Part shown: one piece after another, positions 36,006 to 45,553 of the stretch
Layout: every line of letters starts with the position of its first letter
How positions within the stretch are numbered: position 1 is the first letter of the stretch
From: Chloroflexi bacterium HGW-Chloroflexi-8
GTDB taxonomy: Bacteria; Chloroflexota; Anaerolineae; Anaerolineales; Anaerolineaceae
Assembly (NCBI GenBank): GCA_002841995.1
Contig: PHBS01000001.1
Span: forward strand, 13,277-77,276
DNA length: 64,000 bases
Direction of reading: 5' to 3'
Position numbers and translations under genes: made by a program
Notes under the pieces: model-generated
What the model was told of the DNA's origin: nothing
Database searches by the model: none
The model's input: the letters and a program-made list of their open reading frames with translations, nothing else

Positions 36006-37076
36006 ATGGAAATAAAAATTGGTTCAAGAACTATTAGTCCAAATCATCCGACTTATTTTATTGCTGACATTGCTGCGAATCATGATGGCAGTCTGGAGCG
36101 TGCAAAACTGCTAATACGTCTAGCAAAAGATGCTGGGGCGGATGCAGCAAAATTCCAAAATTTCCAAGCCCCAAAAATTGTGTCTGATTATGGATTTCAA
36201 AATCTGGGATCTCAGCAATCTCACCAATCCAAATGGAAAAAATCTGTTTCAGAAGTTTATAAGGATGCGACGGTGCCATTCGATTGGACGCCCGAATTAA
36301 AGGCAATATGTGATGAAGTGGGTATTGATTACTTTTCTTCTCCGTATGATTTTGAAGCGATTGACTACCTGGATCAATATATGCCTGCCTACAAGGTTGG
36401 TTCGGGTGAAATCGATTGGATAGAAGCGCTTGAGAAAATGGCGTTTAAGGGAAAACCAGTGATTCTAGCAACTGGTGCGGCTAATATTGGTGAAGTTCAA
36501 AGAGCTGTCCACACTATTTTAAGAATCAACACACAGTTAATTTTATTGCAATGCAATACCAATTACACTGGCAGCCTGGAAAACCTGAAATTTGTAAACT
36601 TAAATGTACTCAAAACCTATGCAACGATGTTCCCAACCCTGAACCTTGGCTTATCAGACCACACTCCAGGTCATGCGACTGTGCTTGGAGCGATTGCTCT
36701 GGGTGCACGTGTAATTGAAAAACATTTTACAGATGATAATGATCGTGAAGGTCCGGATCATCCATTTGCAATGAATCCTTCTTCCTGGGAAGAAATGGTT
36801 AAGAGATCCAGAGAATTAGAAGCCGCTTTAGGCTCAGCAGATAAAGTGGTAGCAGATAACGAAAAAGAAACCGTTGTAATTCAGCGAAGATGCCTTAGAG
36901 CTGCTCGCAATTTATCCAAAGGTGAGGTGGTCACCAGGGAATTGTTGGATGTTTTACGTCCAGCAACGCTTGGTGCCATTAAACCTGACGTAATTGACGC
37001 AGTAATTGGGACAAAATTGATTAATGATCTTCCCAAAGGAAAAGAACTTAATTGGACAGATCTCACAAAGGCTTGA
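36006..37076 (+). CDS. NeuB-family nonulosonic acid synthase with a C-terminal SAF domain (SpsE/PseI/LegI-like)
   Basis: TYFIADIAANHDGSLERAKLLIRLAKDAGADAAKFQ, GLSDHT and IEKHFT are present. The SAF-like tail is RCLRAARNLSKGEVVTRELLDVLRP. An AAAGGA RBS is present. Confidence 0.85.
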   Translation: MEIKIGSRTISPNHPTYFIADIAANHDGSLERAKLLIRLAKDAGADAAKFQNFQAPKIVSDYGFQNLGSQQSHQSKWKKSVSEVYKDATVPFDWTPELKAICDEVGIDYFSSPYDFEAIDYLDQYMPAYKVGSGEIDWIEALEKMAFKGKPVILATGAANIGEVQRAVHTILRINTQLILLQCNTNYTGSLENLKFVNLNVLKTYATMFPTLNLGLSDHTPGHATVLGAIALGARVIEKHFTDDNDREGPDHPFAMNPSSWEEMVKRSRELEAALGSADKVVADNEKETVVIQRRCLRAARNLSKGEVVTRELLDVLRPATLGAIKPDVIDAVIGTKLINDLPKGKELNWTDLTKA

Positions 37077-37093
37077 TTTAAGAGAGGTAATGA

Positions 37094-38209
37094 GTGCGAA
37101 TTTTATACTTTAGCCGCGATTATACTCCTCATGACTTTCGGTTTTTGTCCTCTTTGGCAGAAACATCTCATGAGATTTTCTATTTGCGACTGGAGCGAAA
37201 TTCTCCTCTGTTAGAGGACCGCGTTCTCCCCAAAAATATAAAACAGCTCTCGTTAAATGTTGGCGACCAGAAGTTTTCTTATGGAAATATAATTGCGTAT
37301 AGACGTAAATTAAAGCAAATAATTCTTGAGCTCAAACCAGATATCATTCATGCTGGTCCTATTCAAACTTGCGCTTTCTTAGTTTCCACCACTGGTTTTA
37401 AACCATTGGTCACCATGTCCTGGGGATCCGATATCTTAAAAGAAAGTCAAAAAAACAAATTACTTAAATGGATTACAAAGTTTACATTAGATCGCTCTAC
37501 AGTTTTACTAGGTGATTGTGATGCTGTGAGAGAAAAATCCATCGAGTTTGGATTTCCTGTCGACCATTTTGTTCAATTTCCTTGGGGCGTAGATTTAAAT
37601 CAATTTTCACCAGCACGGAATAATTCGTTTCGGGAGCGAAGAGGATGGCAAGAAAATTTTGTCATTTTATCTCTACGATCCTGGGAACCCATTTATGGCG
37701 TCGATGTTGTTGCAAAAGCTTTTAGCCTTGCAGCCAAAGAAGTGCCTGATTTGCGACTTATATTACTTGGCAACGGGTCGCAAGCCAGCTTAATTAGATC
37801 TATTATAGAAAACGAAGGCGTTTCAGACAAAGTGTTTTTTGGAGGGCAGGTAACTCAAAAAGATTTGCCAGTCTATTACCAATCTTCCGACCTCTACATA
37901 TCTGCTTCTCAAAGCGACGGATCTTCTGTGTCATTGATGGAAGCCATGGCATGTGGGATACCTCCACTAGTTTCAGATATTCCAGGTAATCGGGAATGGA
38001 TCATTCCCGATCATAATGGATGGTTATTCCCGAACGGTGATGTTCTTAATCTAAGAGATCAAATCTTAAATATTTACAAAATCAGGAACGATCTTCAGGA
38101 AATATCACTTAATACTCGGCAGCAAGCAGAGCAGAAAGCGGATTGGACTCGGAATTTTAAAGAATTGTTGTTTGGTTATCAATTAGCAAAGAAAATAACC
38201 CATGGGTGA
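37094..38209 (+). CDS. Glycosyltransferase, group 1 (GT4-like)
   Basis: GTG start. LYISASQSDGSSVSLMEAMACGIPPLVSDIPGNREWI is the E-x7-E region. Confidence 0.8.
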   Translation: MRILYFSRDYTPHDFRFLSSLAETSHEIFYLRLERNSPLLEDRVLPKNIKQLSLNVGDQKFSYGNIIAYRRKLKQIILELKPDIIHAGPIQTCAFLVSTTGFKPLVTMSWGSDILKESQKNKLLKWITKFTLDRSTVLLGDCDAVREKSIEFGFPVDHFVQFPWGVDLNQFSPARNNSFRERRGWQENFVILSLRSWEPIYGVDVVAKAFSLAAKEVPDLRLILLGNGSQASLIRSIIENEGVSDKVFFGGQVTQKDLPVYYQSSDLYISASQSDGSSVSLMEAMACGIPPLVSDIPGNREWIIPDHNGWLFPNGDVLNLRDQILNIYKIRNDLQEISLNTRQQAEQKADWTRNFKELLFGYQLAKKITHG

Positions 38210-38247
38210 GGATAATTTGTTCAGGAAGGGTTCCTTCTTATAAAGTT

Positions 38248-39045
38248 ATGATAGAAAAAAACCAAAAGAAAGTAGCAATAATACAAGCACGCATGGGATC
38301 CAGTCGTTTACCCGGCAAAGTATTGAAAAATATCGCTGGTAAACCAATGCTGGCTTATGTTTGTGAGAGAATTTGTCTTTCAAAACTGATTAACCATATT
38401 GTCGTTGCAACAACAGATGAAACTTCAGATGATCCAATAGCGAATTATTGCATGGAAAATGATATCTCTTGTTTCCGTGGGAAACAGTTTGATGTTTTAG
38501 ATCGATTTTACCAGGCAGCGTTAATATTCAAAGCGGATATCATTGTAAGAATCACAGCAGACTGTCCCTTAATCGATCCAGAAATGATTGACGATGTTAT
38601 CGAATCATTTATCAACCAGGAAGTGGATTTTGCAGCAAACAGATTGCCACCCCCGTGGAAACGTAGCTTTCCGATTGGATTGGATATAGAAGTAAGTACT
38701 TTTTCAGCTTTGGAAAAAGCCTGGAAAGAAGCAACTCTTGAATTTGAGCGTGAGCATGTAATGCCCTTTCTTTATGACCATCCAAATCGGTTTAAAACCT
38801 TGTTAATTCACCATGAACCGGATTATGGAAATAAACGCTGGACAGTCGACACTCAACAGGATTTTGATATGGTTGAGAAAATCATCGAGCATTTCTTTCC
38901 CACAAATGATTTTTCCTGGTTAGATGTATTGGATTTTGTTCATTTAAATCCAGAGATCGAGCTGATAAACAAGCAAGTGGCTGCGAAATTTGTGCAGTCA
39001 GTTGATGAAAGAGTTATCGCAAATAATAGAAAAGACAATCTATGA
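38248..39045 (+). CDS. SpsF-like cytidylyltransferase (CTP_transf_3 family); candidate CMP-nonulosonate synthetase
   Basis: KVAIIQARMGSSRLPGKVLKNIAGKPML and RITADCPLIDP are present. A GTG at 38206 is an alternative start. Confidence 0.75.
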   Translation: MIEKNQKKVAIIQARMGSSRLPGKVLKNIAGKPMLAYVCERICLSKLINHIVVATTDETSDDPIANYCMENDISCFRGKQFDVLDRFYQAALIFKADIIVRITADCPLIDPEMIDDVIESFINQEVDFAANRLPPPWKRSFPIGLDIEVSTFSALEKAWKEATLEFEREHVMPFLYDHPNRFKTLLIHHEPDYGNKRWTVDTQQDFDMVEKIIEHFFPTNDFSWLDVLDFVHLNPEIELINKQVAAKFVQSVDERVIANNRKDNL

Positions 39046-39965
39046 GCGAAATACTTACGATCTTTACTGCCCCCAAATCTTTTGTAGATCCGCATATCAT
39101 CAATATTCAGCTAAATGCGATCCGATCATGGAAAGCATTAGGACAGGAAGTCTCTATTGTATTGATTGGAAATGAAGAAGGAATTGAGCAAGCTGCGAAT
39201 ACGATTGGGACGAGTTATATTCCAAATGTTGAGCGAAATAATCAGGGAACGCCCTTAATTTCATCAATTTTCAACCTCGCTCGAAATTTAAATAACAGTC
39301 CATTATTGGCTTATGTAAACGCTGACATCCTATTATTTCAAGATTTTCTGGAAACGGCCAAAAGTATATTTAAACTAGAATCGAAATTTCTAATCGTCGG
39401 CCAGAGATACGATATAGAAGTCCATTCCAGAATCAATTTTGATAACGATTGGGATAAAAGGATTAAGTTGGAATGTACAGAGATCGGAAGTCTCCATTCT
39501 CGCGGTGGTAGCGATTATTTTATTTTCCCTCGTACAACATTTATAAAAATACCTGATTTTGCTGTTGGTCGGGCTGGGTGGGATAATTGGATGTTTTATG
39601 AAGCAAGAAAGAATAAATGGAAAACGATTGATGCTACCTCCTCCATCCAGATCATCCATCAAAATCATGATTATTCACATCTCCCAGGAGGGCAACCGCA
39701 TTATCGCATGCCAGAAACAAATGAAAATGTAAAATTGGCAGGTGGGCGAAGAACCATTTTTTCATTAATGGATGTGAATTACGAATTTCACCAGGGAAAA
39801 TTGAAGAAATATCCAACGAATTGGAAAAAGTTTTGGAGAGAAGTAGAAATTTTCCCTTTAATATCCTTAAATTCCAAAACAATCGCTCAAATATTCTTTG
39901 GGTTATTTCATCCGAAAAAGGCATATCTGGAATTTCGTAAATGGTTGAACACGAGAAATGATTGA
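39042..39965 (+). CDS. Hypothetical protein, possibly a GT-A-fold glycosyltransferase
   Basis: 307 aa. ILTIFTAPKSF..., VSIVLIGNEEG and LAYVNADILLFQDF (DxD-like) are present. I cannot name a family. Confidence 0.4.
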   Translation: MSEILTIFTAPKSFVDPHIINIQLNAIRSWKALGQEVSIVLIGNEEGIEQAANTIGTSYIPNVERNNQGTPLISSIFNLARNLNNSPLLAYVNADILLFQDFLETAKSIFKLESKFLIVGQRYDIEVHSRINFDNDWDKRIKLECTEIGSLHSRGGSDYFIFPRTTFIKIPDFAVGRAGWDNWMFYEARKNKWKTIDATSSIQIIHQNHDYSHLPGGQPHYRMPETNENVKLAGGRRTIFSLMDVNYEFHQGKLKKYPTNWKKFWREVEIFPLISLNSKTIAQIFFGLFHPKKAYLEFRKWLNTRND

Positions 39966-39992
39966 TCCTTTTCAAAAAATTATGGAGAGATT

Positions 39993-40949
39993 ATGCGAAT
40001 AGGGCAAAACCCGGCAAAGTTTGTAAATAAAGTATCAAAACCAGCCGAAATTACAGTCTCGGTATTAAATTACATTCCTTACCAACAAGGTTTTTATGCT
40101 GAAGCTTTGGATGTATTGAAAGCCTGTTTGAATAGTATTCGGTCGGAAAGCAAACAATCTTTTGATTTAATGGTTTTTGATAATGGAAGCTGCGAAGCTG
40201 TTCAGGATTTTTTGTTGCAGGAATTCCGAAATCACAATATACAATTTCTAATCCTTTCAGAAAAAAATCTTGGGAAAGGCGGTGCATGGAATATCATTTT
40301 TGATGCTGCACCCGGAGAATTTATTGCTTATGCGGATAGTGATGTTTATTTCCATAAAGATTGGCTGGACGAGAGTTTGAAGATCATGAAGGCATTTCCA
40401 AATGTTGGAATGGTCACTGCACGCCCATTTTTTACAAAAAAAGAGTTCAGCACAAATACTATTAATTGGGCTAAAAGTCAGCCAAATGTGTTATTTGAAA
40501 CGGGTAAATTAATCCCTTGGGACACATTTTTAGAATTTGATTTAAGTTTAGGACAGGAATTAAGTGCGATTGAAAGTGAATATCAGACGAATGATATTGA
40601 AAAAGTAACTTTGAATGGAGTGTCTGCAATTATCGGTGGTTCACATTGGCAGTTCCTTACAAGAAAAAATATCATTAAAGAATTTCTCCCATTTGATATG
40701 GAGCGACCGATGGGTCAGGTTAAACTCCTGGATAAACGCATGAATGAACTTGGTTTTATGAGATTAATGACCCCTGAACCCTATGCTGATAATATGAGCA
40801 ATACACTCAAGGTCAATTCAATTGAAAAAACACAAAATAAAAAGAATTCAAAAAACAAATTTATTTTTAGTTTATTGGACTTTCCAATGGTGAAGAAAAT
40901 ACTTTTAACAATTCACCATCGCATATTCATGTTCTATTATGATCGCTAA
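39993..40949 (+). CDS. GT2-like glycosyltransferase
   Basis: ITVSVLNYIPY, LMVFDNGSCEAV and IAYADSDVYFHKDW are present. A GGAGAG RBS is present. Confidence 0.6.
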   Translation: MRIGQNPAKFVNKVSKPAEITVSVLNYIPYQQGFYAEALDVLKACLNSIRSESKQSFDLMVFDNGSCEAVQDFLLQEFRNHNIQFLILSEKNLGKGGAWNIIFDAAPGEFIAYADSDVYFHKDWLDESLKIMKAFPNVGMVTARPFFTKKEFSTNTINWAKSQPNVLFETGKLIPWDTFLEFDLSLGQELSAIESEYQTNDIEKVTLNGVSAIIGGSHWQFLTRKNIIKEFLPFDMERPMGQVKLLDKRMNELGFMRLMTPEPYADNMSNTLKVNSIEKTQNKKNSKNKFIFSLLDFPMVKKILLTIHHRIFMFYYDR

Positions 40950-40992
40950 TTAATTTATTTGGAATAATTTCTTTTTATCGGAGTATTTGTAA

Positions 40993-42453
40993 ATGAGCCC
41001 CAAACGAATTTTTATAAGTGCAGATCATGGGCTGGCGATTGTCTATTTCCTTCAGACTTCTCTGGTACCCAATCTATTAAAGAATGGAATTGAAATTGTC
41101 TTATTAACAGATGAAGGATTGGTTGATCGCATAAAAGATCAATTTGACCAACCAGGTATTTATTTTGAAAGCCTTCGGCTTAAAGAAGCCAGAAAATATA
41201 GTGAGACGGTATCACCACAAAAACAATATTGGCTTCATTATTTACGACGTTTCGGATCCTCGAATCAAATCAATACAAGGGCATTGGATGATCAAATCCC
41301 ACAAGTCGAGTTTGAAGCACATGGAAAACGAAAATTGCTTAAACCTTTAATGCGTTTGATGATTTGGGCGATGCGCCACTTCAAATGGGCTCGCGATTGG
41401 GTACAAACGCAACAATCAAAATTTGTCCCGAATTTATATAAGGATTTATTTGAAAAATATCAGCCAGAGTTGGTTGTGGCCAGTACGCCTGGATGGCGCT
41501 TGGATCGTTATATTTTGAGGGAGGCAAATCAAAGAAATATCCCAACCGCTGCTGTAATTGTGGGATGGGATAATCCGAGCAGTTATAGTCTCTCGGGGGC
41601 ACCAATGGATTGGATCAATTGCTGGTCAGCTATACAAAAGGAAGAGCTAATTCAAGGTTCCGATTGGCAAAGTGATCAAATAAATGTTGGTGGTATTCCT
41701 TCCTATGATGGTTATTTCCAAAAGAAATGGTTGATGAAAAAAGAAGAGTATTATCAGCTACATCAATTGGATCCAGATCGTAAATTAATCGCTTATGCGA
41801 GTAGCTTTGTCACATATGCACCTAATTATGACAATATTAAAACCCTGGCAGATCTGGTTGAAAACGACGAATTGGAGGTACCCTGCCAATTATTGATTCG
41901 TCTTCATCCAAATCATTTCCTGGCAGATCCATTATATGAGGGTGAAAGAGAAAAAGTTCGTCAACTCGTTGATAATTGCCGCTTTGTTAAGCTTGTGGAA
42001 CCAGTCCCTTTAGGTGGTGAACTCGGATACTATTCAGGCGAAGATATGCCGGAAAAATCTTCTATGATGGAATTTGCAGATGTATTCACAACAGTATATT
42101 CAACAATGGTTGTTGAGGCTGCAATTCATAATCGTCCGATTGTTAGTGTATGTATTGATGCTCCTGGAGGATGGAATCGACCTGATAAATTCTCATTATC
42201 TTTAACAAAAATTGGTGGATGGCCAACACATGATCGATTTCGACAGGCTAAAGCCGGACAAGTTGCATTTAATAAACTTGATTTGTTGAAAGCATTGAAT
42301 ATCGCACTAAAGGACTTACCTCAGGAAGCATTGAATCGGAAGCAATTTGTAAAAAATGAAATCACATTTACAGATGGTCAATCCGGAGACCGTGTATGTG
42401 ATTTTCTTTTGACTTGTGTTGGGAAACAATCCAAAGAAGGGCAACTAAAATGA
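40993..42453 (+). CDS. GT-B-fold protein, distantly KpsS/TagF-like, copy 2; function unclear
   Basis: LLIRLHPNHF and FADVFTTVYSTMVVEAAIHNRPIVSV parallel the R-x-H-P and S-T-x-x-x-E-A blocks of 31519 and 46432. The N-terminal half differs from both. Confidence 0.4.
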   Translation: MSPKRIFISADHGLAIVYFLQTSLVPNLLKNGIEIVLLTDEGLVDRIKDQFDQPGIYFESLRLKEARKYSETVSPQKQYWLHYLRRFGSSNQINTRALDDQIPQVEFEAHGKRKLLKPLMRLMIWAMRHFKWARDWVQTQQSKFVPNLYKDLFEKYQPELVVASTPGWRLDRYILREANQRNIPTAAVIVGWDNPSSYSLSGAPMDWINCWSAIQKEELIQGSDWQSDQINVGGIPSYDGYFQKKWLMKKEEYYQLHQLDPDRKLIAYASSFVTYAPNYDNIKTLADLVENDELEVPCQLLIRLHPNHFLADPLYEGEREKVRQLVDNCRFVKLVEPVPLGGELGYYSGEDMPEKSSMMEFADVFTTVYSTMVVEAAIHNRPIVSVCIDAPGGWNRPDKFSLSLTKIGGWPTHDRFRQAKAGQVAFNKLDLLKALNIALKDLPQEALNRKQFVKNEITFTDGQSGDRVCDFLLTCVGKQSKEGQLK

Positions 42454-43439
42454 AATTCCTGATTGTTGGCTTTGGCTCAATAGGACGCCGGCATTTTCAT
42501 AATTTATTATCTTTGGGTGAAAAAGACATCTTACTTTTAAGGTCATTAAAAAGCACCATCAATACAGATGAATTAAAGGATTTTATAGTGGTTAATCAAC
42601 TGAAGGATGCTTTATCGTTAAAACCCGATGCCGTAATCCTTGCCAATCCGACAGCGTTACATTTGGAGGTTGCGATTCCTGCTGCAAAGGCTGGTTGTCA
42701 CTTGTTTTTTGAAAAACCAATTTCTGAGAGTATGAATAATATTGGTACATTAATTAAAGCTTTAAGGGTTGGCGGTGGAAGAGCAATAACTGGATTTCAA
42801 TTCCGATTTCACCCAGGTCTGCAAAAAATAAAATCAATTATTGACAGCAATCAAATTGGGGAAGTGATATCTGCACGAGCGCATTGGGGAGAATATTTGC
42901 CTGGATGGCATCCTTGGGAGGACCACAGAAACAGTTATAGCGCGAAAAAAGAATTAGGTGGCGGTGTTATTCTGACATTGTGTCACCCAATTGATTATCT
43001 ACATTGGATGTTAGGCCCAGTGAATACAGTTTGGGCTCACCATCGTCAAATAGAACGGCTTGAAATTGATGTAGAAGCCTCTGCAGAAGTTGGTTTGGTA
43101 TTCAAAAGTGAAGCTTTTGCCAGCATTCATCTAAATTACATTCAAAGTCCAGGCAAGCATGATTTAGAAATAATAGGCGATCAAGGTACAATTAGGTGGG
43201 ATAATTCGGATGGAATTGTTCATCTCTATCGAGCGAAAACGCAAATATGGGAAACATTTGAGCCTCCGGTACATTTTGAGCGAAATGACCTTTTTATAGC
43301 TGAAATGAAACATTTTATTGATGTGGTAAAAAATAATAGTACCCCAATCTGCTCACTTGAAGATGGAATTGAAGTTCAAAAAATTGTGGATGCAGCTTAT
43401 TTATCATCGAATGAACAAAGGTTTATTAAATTAACATAA
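42450..43439 (+). CDS. Gfo/Idh/MocA-family oxidoreductase
   Basis: MKFLIVGFGSIGRRHFHNL (Rossmann fold) and the EKP motif FFEKPIS are present. There is an ATGA overlap with the upstream gene. Confidence 0.8.
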   Translation: MKFLIVGFGSIGRRHFHNLLSLGEKDILLLRSLKSTINTDELKDFIVVNQLKDALSLKPDAVILANPTALHLEVAIPAAKAGCHLFFEKPISESMNNIGTLIKALRVGGGRAITGFQFRFHPGLQKIKSIIDSNQIGEVISARAHWGEYLPGWHPWEDHRNSYSAKKELGGGVILTLCHPIDYLHWMLGPVNTVWAHHRQIERLEIDVEASAEVGLVFKSEAFASIHLNYIQSPGKHDLEIIGDQGTIRWDNSDGIVHLYRAKTQIWETFEPPVHFERNDLFIAEMKHFIDVVKNNSTPICSLEDGIEVQKIVDAAYLSSNEQRFIKLT

Positions 43440-43488
43440 CGGTCTTTACACCTCCGGAATAAACTTTAAGATTATGTAGAAGGAAAAA

Positions 43489-44313
43489 ATGTCAGAAACG
43501 ATTTTTGATAAATTCAGTATGAAGAATAAAGCAGCCATCATAACTGGTGGTGCAGGTCTTCTTGGAAAACAATTTTCCAGAACGCTTGCTGAAGCAGGTG
43601 CAGGTGTTGTTGTTGCAGATCTATATGGTGACAAAGCAGAAGTTGTAGCCGAGGATCTTCGCAAAAAGGGGTTTGATGCCTTTGCGATTGAGTTTGATGT
43701 TACCGATCCAAAATCTGTAAAAGCATTGATTGAAAAAACCACAAAACAGTTTGGCCGTTTGGATGCAATTGTCAACAGCGCTGCAATGGATCCAAAATTT
43801 GATTCTGAACATTCTGGTCAACATAAGAATAGTTTTGAAGATTATCCTGTTGAGGCTTTTCGTTCTGCATTGGATGTGAATTTAACAGGAATGTTCCTGT
43901 GTGCTCAAGCAGCGGTTGTTCCAATGCTAAAACAAAAGTCTGGTTCAATCATTAATATATGTTCCACTTATGGTCTGGTAGGACCGGATCAGCGCTTATA
44001 TGAACGTGAAGGTCAACCTAGACAATATAAACCGGTATTTTATTCTGTAACAAAGGCTGGAGTTTTAGGATTCACTCGATATTTAGCCACTTATTACGCA
44101 GGTACCCAAATTCGGACAAATGCATTAACACCTGGTGGTGTTTTTAACGACCACGATTCTGTCTTTTTGGAGCGATATTCTGCCAGAACAGTTTTGGGTA
44201 GAATGGCAAAACAAGACGAAATGAATGGTGCTATTTTATTCCTTGCATCTGATGCTTCGTCATATATGACTGGCGCAAATCTGGTTGTCGATGGTGGGTG
44301 GACAGCATGGTAA
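43489..44313 (+). CDS. SDR-family oxidoreductase
   Basis: AAIITGGAGLLGKQF, NSAA and YSVTKAG (YxxxK) are present. Confidence 0.85.
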   Translation: MSETIFDKFSMKNKAAIITGGAGLLGKQFSRTLAEAGAGVVVADLYGDKAEVVAEDLRKKGFDAFAIEFDVTDPKSVKALIEKTTKQFGRLDAIVNSAAMDPKFDSEHSGQHKNSFEDYPVEAFRSALDVNLTGMFLCAQAAVVPMLKQKSGSIINICSTYGLVGPDQRLYEREGQPRQYKPVFYSVTKAGVLGFTRYLATYYAGTQIRTNALTPGGVFNDHDSVFLERYSARTVLGRMAKQDEMNGAILFLASDASSYMTGANLVVDGGWTAW

Positions 44314-45536
44314 AGACAAGCATGGAGATCCTGGCAATCATTCCAGCACGTGGTGGTTCCAAAGGAATTCCACGAAAGAATATTCGTGATTTCGCTGGTT
44401 ACCCATTAATTGCCTATAGTATACAGGCTGCTTTAACATCAAAATATGTTACACGAACAATTGTCTCTACAGATGATTTGGAAATCGCAGAAGTTGCCCG
44501 TCAGTTTGGTGCAGAAACACCATTTATTCGACCAACGGAGTTTGCTCAGGATCGAAGTCTGGATTTGCCGGTGTATAAACATGCTTTGGAAACATTGCGT
44601 GATCAAGAAGGATATTTACCGGACTTGGTTGTTCAGCTCCGGCCAACTTCACCAATTCGCCCTATCAATTTGGTTGATGATGCGATTGAAGCTTTTTTGA
44701 ATAATCCGATTGCAGATTCAGTTCGGGGTGTGGTCCCTTCAGGACAAAATCCACATAAAATGTGGAAATTCAACCGTGAATTGGGAACGCTGGAGGGATT
44801 GATTAAGGTCGAAGGTATTCAGGAACCTTATAACGCTCCACGTCAGGTTCTACCAGAAACATTTTGGCAAACGGGTCATATTGATGTAATCAAACCGAGT
44901 GTTATCCTTGAACAAAATTCAATGTCAGGAAATAATATTATTCCAATATTCATTGATCCCGATTTTACAGTGGACCTGGACAAACCATCCGATTGGATAA
45001 AGGCAGAATGGATTGTCTGGTATGGTGGTCTGAAAATGGTAACTCCGGGAAATCAACGAAGAAAATTACCAGAAAAAGTTGAATTAATCGTCTTTGATTT
45101 TGATGGGGTGATGACGGACAATCGTGTTTTTGTCAATCAAGACGGTGTCGAATCGGTCGCTGCTCATCGCGGTGATGGAATGGGAATTTCGCTCTTACAC
45201 AAGGCTGGGATCAATGCAATGGTTTTATCAAAAGAGGTAAACCCCGTTGTTCAGGCACGATGCAACAAGCTCAAATTGCCTTTCATTCAGGGAATCGATG
45301 ATAAACCTGCAGCATTGAATAAATATTTAAGTGAAAAAAGAATTAATCCCGCACATGTAATTTTTGTTGGAAATGATATTAATGACGTACCTTGTTTTCC
45401 AATTATCGGTTGTGCGGTTGTGGTTGCAGATTCTCATCCTTCTGCCTTAAGACAGGCGGATATTATTTTGCAAAATAAAGGCGGTTATGGCGCAGTTCGA
45501 GAAATTTGTGATCTGGTTTTACAGATAACCAAATAA
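44307..45536 (+). CDS. Bifunctional fusion: acylneuraminate cytidylyltransferase (NeuA-like) and a KdsC-type HAD sugar-acid phosphatase
   Basis: The N-terminal part has ILAIIPARGGSKGIPRKNI and LRPTSPIR. The C-terminal part has IVFDFDGVMTDN (DxDG), VGNDINDVP and GGYGAVREICDLVL, which is the KdsC/YrbI signature. Confidence 0.85.
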   Translation: MVKTSMEILAIIPARGGSKGIPRKNIRDFAGYPLIAYSIQAALTSKYVTRTIVSTDDLEIAEVARQFGAETPFIRPTEFAQDRSLDLPVYKHALETLRDQEGYLPDLVVQLRPTSPIRPINLVDDAIEAFLNNPIADSVRGVVPSGQNPHKMWKFNRELGTLEGLIKVEGIQEPYNAPRQVLPETFWQTGHIDVIKPSVILEQNSMSGNNIIPIFIDPDFTVDLDKPSDWIKAEWIVWYGGLKMVTPGNQRRKLPEKVELIVFDFDGVMTDNRVFVNQDGVESVAAHRGDGMGISLLHKAGINAMVLSKEVNPVVQARCNKLKLPFIQGIDDKPAALNKYLSEKRINPAHVIFVGNDINDVPCFPIIGCAVVVADSHPSALRQADIILQNKGGYGAVREICDLVLQITK

Positions 45537-45553
45537 TAAATAAGGAGGTCTTC

